Part shown: in pieces, positions 1 to 7,900 of the stretch
Layout of the letters: the number at the start of each line of letters is the position of its first letter
Position numbering within the stretch: the first letter of the stretch is position 1
Origin: a virus
Taxonomy: Duplodnaviria; Caudoviricetes
Virus record (IMG/VR): IMGVR_UViG_3300044641_003395
Location: 1-28,255 of that record
DNA length: 28,255 nucleotides
Direction: 5' to 3' (one strand)
Made by a program: the position numbers and the translations under genes
Notes under the pieces: model-generated
Seen by the model: only the letters and a program-made list of their open reading frames with translations
Told to the model about the DNA's origin: nothing
The model's database searches: none

Positions 1-322
1 GTGCACCCCCTGATTTTGATTTAAAAACTATTAAAGGTAAATTTTTATTTTTTATTTTTGTAATTAATTCTTTGTGATCTAAATCATAAACATCAACATC
101 TAAACATCCCCATTTACATCTACTATCCTGTCTAATAGGTACAATTCCTAATGCTGGAAATTCACCATTTAAATGTTTTTGCCATAATATCTCTGTTACA
201 GGTTTATGTACGGTTATTGACTCTGCTTCATTCTTTCCATCATCTCTAATTTCACCGGTCATTTTTGTCTGACCATAAGAAGTTTCAAGACCAGCAAATA
301 TATTCTTAAATCTTTCTAACAT
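1..322 (-). CDS. Archaeo-eukaryotic primase (AEP/prim-pol)-like protein, N-terminal part; runs off the left edge
   Basis: Not in the ORF track. My translation from ATG at 322 is MLERFKNIFAGLETSYGQTKMTGEIRDDGKNEAESITVHKPVTEILWQKHLNGEFPALGIVPIRQDSRCKWGCLDVDVYDLDHKELITKIKNKNLPLIVFKSKSGGA(H). It has the hhhDhD motif (GCLDVD) and the SxSGGxH motif of AEP primases, and lies in a replication module. Confidence 0.8.
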   Translation of the reverse strand, partial: MLERFKNIFAGLETSYGQTKMTGEIRDDGKNEAESITVHKPVTEILWQKHLNGEFPALGIVPIRQDSRCKWGCLDVDVYDLDHKELITKIKNKNLPLIVFKSKSGGA

Positions 323-338
323 GTTCCACCCAATTGTT

Positions 339-362
339 ATGGGTGGTATTGCTACCACCCAT
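339..362 (-). promoter_or_regulatory. Perfect 10-bp stem-loop with GCAA (GNRA) tetraloop between the SSB-like gene and the primase
   Basis: Minus strand reads ATGGGTGGTA-GCAA-TACCACCCAT. There is no U-tract downstream on the minus strand, so it is not a classical intrinsic terminator. Confidence 0.7.
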
Positions 363-370
363 TATTTTAT

Positions 371-1099
371 TTATTTGGCTGCTAAACTTTCGTAAAACTG
401 TTTAGCTCTTTTATAAATCTTTTCATCTGCAACAGGACCAACTTTAGATACAGTATATCCATACCATTGGTTCCCTTTTCCAGAATTTAAGACAGTCGAC
501 AATTTATACATGTGACTGAAAGAAGGTGGAGTGTAAGGCCCTTTTTGACCTTCCATTACAATTGACATCATCATGGAATTCCACTTTCTACTTACTTTAC
601 CTTGAGATGAACTCATAGATATTAAAGCAGTTTCAGTGTTGTCTTTATCTACAATCAAAACAAAATGCTGACCAACAGTTAATATGTAATTACCATTTGG
701 TAATCTGTCTTTGCCCATATTATCTTCAGTAGTTTTTGTTTTAATATCAGAAGTATCTGGATAGATTTTTTCTGGTCTTCCTGAACCAGTTCCAAAATCT
801 GACCATTCTTGATACTCTAATTTATATTGACATGGAATAACCATGATTCCATTTGCTCCATCATACAATTTTTTTGTAACTGTATTAAGAAGCATACCTG
901 GTTCAGCACCTTCAATGTAATTTTGATTACGTTTTTGTGCTTCTCCAGATCCGTTCTGTAGTAGTTTTAAAATTGGCAAAGCCATACTATCGTGCTTTAC
1001 ATTTTCAAAACCTGCATGTGCATCTCCTTCAAACAATATTGAAGAAGGAAGAGGCGCAGCTTTCTTTACTTCTAGCGTTTTCGCGTTTCCTGTTTCCAT
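371..1099 (-). CDS. Putative phage single-stranded DNA-binding / replication accessory protein
   Basis: 242-aa ORF with an AGGAG RBS and beta-rich aromatic motifs (YQEW, GQHFVL, GNQWYGY). It sits directly upstream of the primase. The function is inferred from context and recalled family resemblance. Confidence 0.5.
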   Translation of the reverse strand: METGNAKTLEVKKAAPLPSSILFEGDAHAGFENVKHDSMALPILKLLQNGSGEAQKRNQNYIEGAEPGMLLNTVTKKLYDGANGIMVIPCQYKLEYQEWSDFGTGSGRPEKIYPDTSDIKTKTTEDNMGKDRLPNGNYILTVGQHFVLIVDKDNTETALISMSSSQGKVSRKWNSMMMSIVMEGQKGPYTPPSFSHMYKLSTVLNSGKGNQWYGYTVSKVGPVADEKIYKRAKQFYESLAAK

Positions 1100-1103
1100 T
1101 TTT

Positions 1104-1652
1104 TTATCTCCTAGTTATTTTTGTACTGTTACCTGCGTAAGTTTTAAATAAGTCAGAGGGCATATCGAGTCCAGATTCGATGCGCTCTCTGACAACCGCT
1201 TTGAGTGTCTGGGAATGAACTCCAACTTTCTGGACGGGTTCAAATCCCTGACCTCGTGCAAGGACAGCATATTGTGCCGCCTTGTTATCTTCGCCACGAC
1301 CAAAGGTAACGGTGATATCGTTTTTAATGATATCACCCAGACCGTTATTACGAAGCCATTCAAAAGCTTTCTCCTGAGTTTCTGGAGAAATAGATGCACT
1401 ATAAAAAGGTCTCACCTCTACAGATTCACCATCTTTAAGCTTTAATTTTGTTATGTGCATTTCTTGCATCATTAAAGGTATTTCTACTTGAGAAAGTATT
1501 CTTGCTTTTTCTTTTAATTTATTAATACTTTCTTCTGCGTTAGCAATCTCATCTTCTAAATCTTTTAATCTTAAAACTTTATCTGATAAAGTTTTTGCAG
1601 CATCAATTTGTGTAACTGATTCTACTCTGTCTTGCTCAAAGTTTATTGTCAT
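1104..1652 (-). CDS. Conserved phage replication-module protein of unknown function
   Basis: 182-aa ORF with an N-terminal coiled coil and the motifs AFEWLRNNGLGDIIKN and VHSQTLKAVVRERIESG, recalled from proteins encoded next to phage SSBs. It has an AGAAAGGT RBS and a consensus promoter directly upstream. Confidence 0.7.
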   Translation of the reverse strand: MTINFEQDRVESVTQIDAAKTLSDKVLRLKDLEDEIANAEESINKLKEKARILSQVEIPLMMQEMHITKLKLKDGESVEVRPFYSASISPETQEKAFEWLRNNGLGDIIKNDITVTFGRGEDNKAAQYAVLARGQGFEPVQKVGVHSQTLKAVVRERIESGLDMPSDLFKTYAGNSTKITRR

Positions 1653-1675
1653 ATTATTACCTTTCTATTCTGTAT

Positions 1676-1704
1676 ATTATAATCCCTTAAATTAATATTG
1701 TCAA
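1676..1704 (-). promoter_or_regulatory. Perfect consensus sigma70 promoter (TTGACA-N17-TATAAT)
   Basis: Minus strand has TTGACA at 1704-1699, a 17-nt spacer and TATAAT at 1681-1676. The -35 overlaps the TGA stop of the upstream gene. It would drive the 1652/SSB/primase operon. Confidence 0.85.
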
Positions 1705-2057
1705 GTGCTCGTTTCAAATTTTTGATACAAGTCGATTTCAATTGGATAATATCTCCTTTCTTGTTTATCCCATTTTAATAATTTATACTTGCCATTAGTA
1801 ATATCAGATACAACTGAACATGCAACACCAATTATTGCAGGATCACCTGTAAGTAGTAAATAATCTTCTGAAGTGTAATCTTTTAGCAACTGTCGTAACT
1901 TAAATACAACAGGTCCTGCACTTAATATAATTTGTGCATTCTCTGGAAGTAGAACTTTTAATGAACCATATTGAGAAGCACCAATAATATTTATCTTTGG
2001 TCTTCCTTCTCTTGTGCCTGGCACATCTTGAATAACGTAAACTTTATTTTTTTCCAT
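1701..2057 (-). CDS. Conserved hypothetical phage protein
   Basis: 118-aa ORF with an alpha/beta pattern (DYLLLTGDPAIIG, LKWDKQERRYYP), divergent from the helicase. Confidence 0.7.
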   Translation of the reverse strand: MEKNKVYVIQDVPGTREGRPKINIIGASQYGSLKVLLPENAQIILSAGPVVFKLRQLLKDYTSEDYLLLTGDPAIIGVACSVVSDITNGKYKLLKWDKQERRYYPIEIDLYQKFETST

Positions 2058-2059
2058 TC

Positions 2060-2089
2060 TTGACTTGTTGTATATTAATGTGGTATACT
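2060..2089 (+). promoter_or_regulatory. sigma70-type promoter with extended -10 for the helicase
   Basis: TTGACT (2060-2065), an 18-nt spacer and TG-G-TATACT (2081-2089), inside the 60-bp divergent intergenic region. Confidence 0.65.
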
Positions 2090-2117
2090 AATCAATAGAA
2101 AGAACTAAGTATTATAT

Positions 2118-3551
2118 ATGAATTATAAGTTTAAGACAAAGCCATTTGCACATCAATTAAAGGCATTAGAAATGTCTTGGGATAAGAAAGTATTTGCTTA
2201 TTTTATGGAAATGGGAACCGGTAAGTCTAAAGTATTAATAGATAATATGTCAATACTATATGATAAAGGGCTTATAAATGGCGCTTTAATTATAGCTCCT
2301 AAAGGTGTTTATAAGAATTGGTTTGACTCTGAAATACCAACTCATATGGCAGATCACATAGAGAAAAAAATAGTGCTATGGGAATCTACAGCAAGTAAAT
2401 CTAAAGAAAAAGAATTAAATACATTGTTTAAATCAGACCATGATCTTCACATCTTAATTATGAATGTTGAAGCATTGTCTACTAAAAAAGGTAAACAGTT
2501 TGCAGAAAAGTTTTTAAGCTGTCATAAAACTTTAATGGCCATAGATGAATCTACTACAATAAAAAATCCAGGAGCAGCAAGAACAAAAAATATAATAGCT
2601 TTAGGCAAATATGTTTCATATAAAAGAATATTAACAGGATCTCCTGTAACTAAATCTCCATTAGATTTGTATACTCAATGTTGGTTTTTAGATTCATGGT
2701 TACTAGATCAACAATCCTATTATAGTTTTAGAACTAGATATGCCTTAACTCGTAAAATAAATGTAAGTGGTAGGCAAGTTGAAATAGTAGTTGGTTATAG
2801 AAACCTTGGCGAACTTTCAGAAAAATTAAAACCTTTTTCTCATAGAGTTTTAAAAGATGATTGTTTAGATTTACCTCCAAAAACTTATATGAAAAGAACT
2901 ATTCAATTAAGTGAAGAACAAAGTAAAGTTTATAAACAAATGAAAGATATTGCACTAGCTACATTAAATGGAAAAATGACAACTACACACAATGTAATTA
3001 CTCAATTAATGAGATTACATCAAATAACTTGTGGTCATTTTAAATCAGATGATGGTACTACACAAACATTACAGTCTAATCGTTTAGATGAACTAATGGA
3101 TGTTTTGTCTGAAATGGAAGGTAAAGCAGTTATATGGGCACACTATAGATATGATATAGAAGTAATTATTGAAGCTATTAAAAAAGAATATGGAGATAAA
3201 TCTGTAGTTACTTATTATGGAGATACTTCTACAGATGATAGACAAAAAGCAATTAAATTAATTCAAGATCCAAAAAGTGAAGTTAGATTTATTGTAGGCA
3301 CACCACAAACAGGTGGATATGGAATTACATTAACAGGAGCTTCTACTATGATTTATTATTCTAATGGTTATGATTTAGAAAAAAGACAACAATCTGAAGC
3401 TAGGATAGATCGTATTGGTCAAACTAAAAATATGACTTACATTGATATTATAGCCGAAGGAACCGTTGACGAAAAAATCGTCAAGGCCCTTCGAACTAAA
3501 GTTAATATTGCGACTGAAGTTATGGGTGAAGAATTAAAGGACTGGATTTAA
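2118..3551 (+). CDS. SNF2-family (superfamily II) DNA helicase
   Basis: Walker A MEMGTGKS, Walker B AIDES, motif III LTGSP, motif V GGYGITLT, motif VI QSEARIDRIGQ. Confidence 0.93.
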   Translation: MNYKFKTKPFAHQLKALEMSWDKKVFAYFMEMGTGKSKVLIDNMSILYDKGLINGALIIAPKGVYKNWFDSEIPTHMADHIEKKIVLWESTASKSKEKELNTLFKSDHDLHILIMNVEALSTKKGKQFAEKFLSCHKTLMAIDESTTIKNPGAARTKNIIALGKYVSYKRILTGSPVTKSPLDLYTQCWFLDSWLLDQQSYYSFRTRYALTRKINVSGRQVEIVVGYRNLGELSEKLKPFSHRVLKDDCLDLPPKTYMKRTIQLSEEQSKVYKQMKDIALATLNGKMTTTHNVITQLMRLHQITCGHFKSDDGTTQTLQSNRLDELMDVLSEMEGKAVIWAHYRYDIEVIIEAIKKEYGDKSVVTYYGDTSTDDRQKAIKLIQDPKSEVRFIVGTPQTGGYGITLTGASTMIYYSNGYDLEKRQQSEARIDRIGQTKNMTYIDIIAEGTVDEKIVKALRTKVNIATEVMGEELKDWI

Positions 3552-3580
3552 CCAGTTAACTTCTTCTTCATTGTAAGGCA

Positions 3581-4015
3581 TCATTTTACTTCTACTTTAA
3601 TACCTTCAACTTCTTTTGGTTTTTTAAAACCAAGTTTGATTTTAAGTAAGCCATCAACCATTTCAGCTTCATCAATTATTACATCAGATGCTAACTCAAA
3701 TTGTTTAATAAATTTTCTATGGGCTAGTCCTTTTTGAACATAGTCTATATTTTTATCTTCAACTTTACCTTCTACAGTTAAGATACCGTCTTTTACTTCT
3801 ACAAGAACGTTTTCTTTATTGTATCCAGCAAGTCCTATTTCTAGACCATATTTACCTTTTCCATATTTTACTACATTGTAAAAAGGGAATGAAGGTATTT
3901 TAGACCACCCTTCAAATATATTATCAAATATATCTGTAGTGTGTTTTACGAAATGATTATGAAGTTCATCCATTTTAATCATACCGTTATTTGGGAATAA
4001 TGAATTGAATGTCAT
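3581..4015 (-). CDS. hsp20: Small heat-shock protein (Hsp20/IbpA family)
   Basis: Alpha-crystallin motifs FPFYNVVK, LEIGLAGY, YVQKGLAHRKF, AEMVDGLLKI and a C-terminal IxV. The true start is probably ATG 4015, which has AAGGAG 6 nt upstream, rather than the track's 4057. Confidence 0.93.
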   Translation of the reverse strand: MTFNSLFPNNGMIKMDELHNHFVKHTTDIFDNIFEGWSKIPSFPFYNVVKYGKGKYGLEIGLAGYNKENVLVEVKDGILTVEGKVEDKNIDYVQKGLAHRKFIKQFELASDVIIDEAEMVDGLLKIKLGFKKPKEVEGIKVEVK

Positions 4016-4066
4016 TATTATCTCCTTTGTTAAGCAAGTTAATAGGTCCACCCACATGATGCAACC
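4016..4066 (-). promoter_or_regulatory. ROSE-like RNA thermometer in the hsp20 5' UTR
   Basis: UAUUA-A-CUUGCUU-AACA-AAGGAG-A-UAAUA-AUG: the UUGCU anti-SD motif with a bulged G pairs with the AAGGAG SD. A second imperfect hairpin lies at 4066-4045. Confidence 0.65.
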
Positions 4067-4074
4067 TGGCAGAT

Positions 4075-4102
4075 ATATAACTATTATTTATGAATTTTCA
4101 AG
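4075..4102 (-). promoter_or_regulatory. Candidate RpoH (sigma32)-type promoter for hsp20
   Basis: CTTGAA-N16-TTATAT on the minus strand, close to the alphaproteobacterial RpoH consensus CTTG-N18-CTATAT. It ends just before the structured 5' UTR. Confidence 0.45.
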
Positions 4103-4666
4103 TACTGATTTTTCTCTTATAATATGGCCAAGAACCGTGCCTTTATGTATACCTTCTTTAATAGTATACCCGGAAGTTCCATTACCATTAATTTCAACTT
4201 CTTTACGACTTTTCATTAATATATTATTTTTTATTTCTATTTCTTTATTTGCATAATTTTTAGCTATTGGATCAGTAAAAGTTAAAGTATGTATTTCTTG
4301 TAAATCATGTTCGCGATCTAAAAACTTATATTCTATTTTAGTAGTATTAAAATCTTTCTTTATCTTACTGCATATTGTTTCAGGATTAAATTCACCACAA
4401 GAGTAAACATCAAATTGAAGTAAGGCGGGATCAGGTTCGTCCCAGACGTGCATTACTATATGAGATGTCTCTATAATAGCTGCTCCGGTAATACCGCGAT
4501 TTCCTACCATATGAGAGTATTTAACATAGGGTCCCATCATAACTTTCATTCCGATTTCTTCTATAAATTTTTTAAACCACTCTGTTAATATTGTTTCATC
4601 TACAGGGGGATTTTTAGCTTCTGCTCTAATGATTAAATGTTTATGAACTAAAATTTTATTTTTCAT
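4088..4666 (-). CDS. speD: S-adenosylmethionine decarboxylase proenzyme-like protein (pyruvoyl-dependent) with a C-terminal extension
   Basis: N-terminal HLII, GIT..IIETSHIVMHVWDE (matches the ESHxxxHTWPE self-cleavage region) and DVYSCG. The domain ends near aa 120 and is followed by about 70 extra aa. Confidence 0.85.
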   Translation of the reverse strand: MKNKILVHKHLIIRAEAKNPPVDETILTEWFKKFIEEIGMKVMMGPYVKYSHMVGNRGITGAAIIETSHIVMHVWDEPDPALLQFDVYSCGEFNPETICSKIKKDFNTTKIEYKFLDREHDLQEIHTLTFTDPIAKNYANKEIEIKNNILMKSRKEVEINGNGTSGYTIKEGIHKGTVLGHIIREKSVLENS

Positions 4667-4704
4667 TCTGCGTCATATAATTTTTTAAAACTATAATCAA
4701 TAGT

Positions 4705-4926
4705 TTATTTTATTAAACTAAAAGCTAATGTGAGTAGTATTGCTATTGTTGAACCAAGTCCAGCAATGATCCACCAAGTTAATTTATCAAACTGTCTTTC
4801 AAATTTAGAATGGTTACGACAAGACTCATCTGTTAAATGTTTTAAATCTCTTTTAATACCGGAAATATGGCCATAAAGAGCTATAATATGTTCACCAGTT
4901 GTTTTTGGATCTCTACCGTTTGCCAT
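4705..4926 (-). CDS. Small protein with coiled coil and C-terminal transmembrane helix (XhlA/holin-like)
   Basis: 73 aa with a hydrophobic C-terminus (WWIIAGLGSTIAILLTLAFSLI). Its start overlaps the stop of the upstream gene (TAATG). Confidence 0.55.
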   Translation of the reverse strand: MANGRDPKTTGEHIIALYGHISGIKRDLKHLTDESCRNHSKFERQFDKLTWWIIAGLGSTIAILLTLAFSLIK

Positions 4927-7900
4927 TATACTAATCCTCTTTGTTTTAGTCTCATTTGTTTTTCGCTTTCATTTAATAAAGAGCTTTCACTTGGTGTCAA
5001 TCCTTGATTTAAAGAACTAATTTGAGGTACTGGAGGTGTAACTACTTGTGGATTCGGCATTGGTTGTGGTGGTAATTCACCTCTATATGGGTCAAATGAA
5101 GGAGGTTGTATTTTTTCTTCTTGTATAAAATCTTTTAAATTAAATTTAAATTTTTTTGATAAATCTGCACCCTGAAAAGACCTTATCATTTCTCCTAACA
5201 CTGGAATGGCCTCCTGAAAAGGATTTCCATAACCAGGATTAGCTTCATTAAATTCTAATGCTTTTTCTTGAAATTTTTGCATAATTGATTCAGAAGGAAT
5301 ATAAGGTTTAAATTGTCCCATAAATAATGGACCATATTCTTTTGATGATCTTTGTCGTCTTTCAAAAACTTGAGCAAGTTCTAAATTATCTACTTCAAAT
5401 TTATTAGCAGCTTTTAAATCTAAATGCATTTTTTGTTGAGTATCAAACAATGCTTTGTTGGCAATGTAAAATTGTTGTATAATTTCTTCTTTTGTAATTG
5501 GTCTAGTTAATAACCTACTATCTCCACCTACAAATTCTCTTACACTATTTCTTGATGATCTATCGTATTCTGTAATTTTAAAATCAAGACCTTTAACCGG
5601 ATCAATTTTAATTAATCTCCATCCCAATAACCCAGGTAATTCTTTTTCAATGTTATATACATTTCCTTTTGGATCTGGAAGTCCTTGAGCAGCATAATAA
5701 ATTCTAGATAACTGAGCCTTAGAAAAAGGAACTTGTGTTTCTACAATATGTTCTATTGCAATTTTTACTTTGTCAGGAATTGGAGTTTCTTCTGTGTATA
5801 ATTTTCTACCTTCCTTAGTAACTCCTCCTCTTAAAATAATATCTATAATAGCTTCTGGAGCAATACCCTCTGATATAAAAGGTTCTATTGATTTTGAAAA
5901 AGCATTTGAAATACCTGTTACAAAACCTGTTATTAATTGATCTTCTGTTTCTATTCCATCTTGAACAGACTTTAATAAATTTCTAAAAGGAGATTCTAAA
6001 TAATCATATGCGTTATTATTACTCCAGTTTTGATAATAATAAGTTTTTTTCCCTGTTTTTTTATCTATGTCATAAGATATAACTTTTTTATCTGCGACAT
6101 CAAATGGAGCAACCCATCTTTCTAATGCTCTTTCTTGATCATCAGTAGTACCAAATATAGACTTAAATCCTGCGCCTATTCCAACTCCTAATGTTCCAAA
6201 AGCAGCCGCAGACCCCATTAATCTTTTCATTCCAATTCCATAAAGCGGATTATCATTTTTTACAAAACCTTTTCCAACTTCGTTTACAATAGGTAACATG
6301 CTTAATCCTGTAACTGGTTTAGAATGTTTCATTTCTTTAAATATTCTACTACCAATTCCAGTTGCACTAGTCATAACAGCCGCTGGAAATGAAGCAAAAG
6401 TACTAAATGGAGTAGAACGTAATCCTTTAACAATATCAGAAACGTAAGCATAATTAGGCACTGTATTTTTTACAATATCTGCAGCTTCATCTTCTATTGC
6501 ATTTATTGTTTTTCTAATACCTGCTTTTGCATACGCATCTCCTAATCTTGTTTTTTCAATATGATAATTATATATCTTATAAACATCATCTTCCAAGGTA
6601 TATAAATCTTCAAAAGGTTTTGTTAGTCTTGATAAACGTTGAAGCATTCTTTTAAATACATTTGTGGTAAAACCACCTTCAGAATTTAATTCAAGATCTT
6701 TTAATAAATTTTGATAATCTCCCATCGCTGTATTAGTATTTACAACTCCTTTTTCTAATAATTTTCTATATTCTCTCATTCCTTCAGGTGAACGTAATCC
6801 AAATTGAACTGTTTTCGCTGCTTCTTTCATAGCTCTTGCAACTAATTTTGGATCTGCAAATAATGTTCCATTAGCTAAAGAAAAAGCTGAAGCACTTAAA
6901 AAATTTCTAATATGAGTAGTTGGAGATAAAACTGTTTTTGCAATTTGAGCCCCTGCTTTTGGATATAAAAACCCATATTTATATGCATCTGACATTCTTT
7001 GTGTAAATTTAGTTGATTTAGGCCCTGTAAAAAAATTACTAATTTTATTAACAGGATCAAATGAATTTGCTATTTGTTCTGTTGTATATAATCCTTTTAA
7101 ACGATTTACTAAAACACCATCTTTAAACATACCTTCAAGAACACTATCTAAAGGTACAATTTTGTTTAAACCTCCTGCACCTAAATTTTTAATAGCTTCA
7201 TTTTTATCTGCATAAAATAATTGTCTAGCTCCTTTTGCAACTGCTTCATCATTAGATTTTAATATGTCATCAATAAATTCTGATCTTCTTGCTAAGTTAG
7301 ATAACAATCCCATTCCACTAAAAATAGATAATCTTGCATCATCTACCTCACCAAATAATTCTCTAAAAGCTTTACTACCTTTTCCTATAATTTCTGTATC
7401 AGGAACTCCATTTTTATTTTTATTACTTAAAATTTGAACAAAACTTTTTTTTACATCTGGGGTTTGTGCTCCCATTGTAACATCAGTCATTTTAAAAGAA
7501 GGAAGTTGAGTTCCTTTTGTAAATTTTATCGTATTGTTTAATATTTCATTTATTCTATAATCTAATTGATCTTCTGTTAAATCTCTACCATGTCTATTTG
7601 CATGTCTTTTTAAAATATCTTTTACTTTATTTATTGATTCTTCCGCTGGTTTATATCCTGTTAAGCTATCTACATAAGGATTTTGAAAAATTTTATAAGT
7701 GCTTCCTAACATTAACTTAAGTCTATCTCCCATTAAACCGGGCATATTTCTAACTTCTTTTGGTAACATAACTTGAGCAGTGCTGCCCTCTTTAATAGTT
7801 TCTAATAATGAAACAAATTTTTGTCTAGAGTTATATACAGCATCGAATACAATATTTTGAGACTCCGAATTTAAACCACCATTTGTCATTTGTTTTTGTA

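Noticed and set aside
339-375. Rho-independent terminator call for the 339-362 hairpin
   Set aside because: The T-rich tail is on the + strand, where no gene leads into it. The coding strand has no U-tract.
1235-1250. tRNA T-loop-like word GGGTTCAAATCCC
   Set aside because: The stem is only 3 bp, I found no acceptor, D or anticodon arms, and the opposite strand encodes QGFEPV. Not a tRNA.
937-1445. Short overlapping ORFs 937-1140(+), 1115-1399(-), 1215-1445(+)
   Set aside because: They overlap better-supported genes, and the locally higher GC explains the lack of stops. The structural signal is reported separately.
4016-4057. Upstream ATG for hsp20 given by the ORF track
   Set aside because: The strong SD lies before ATG 4015, and the extra 14 codons fall in the structured leader.
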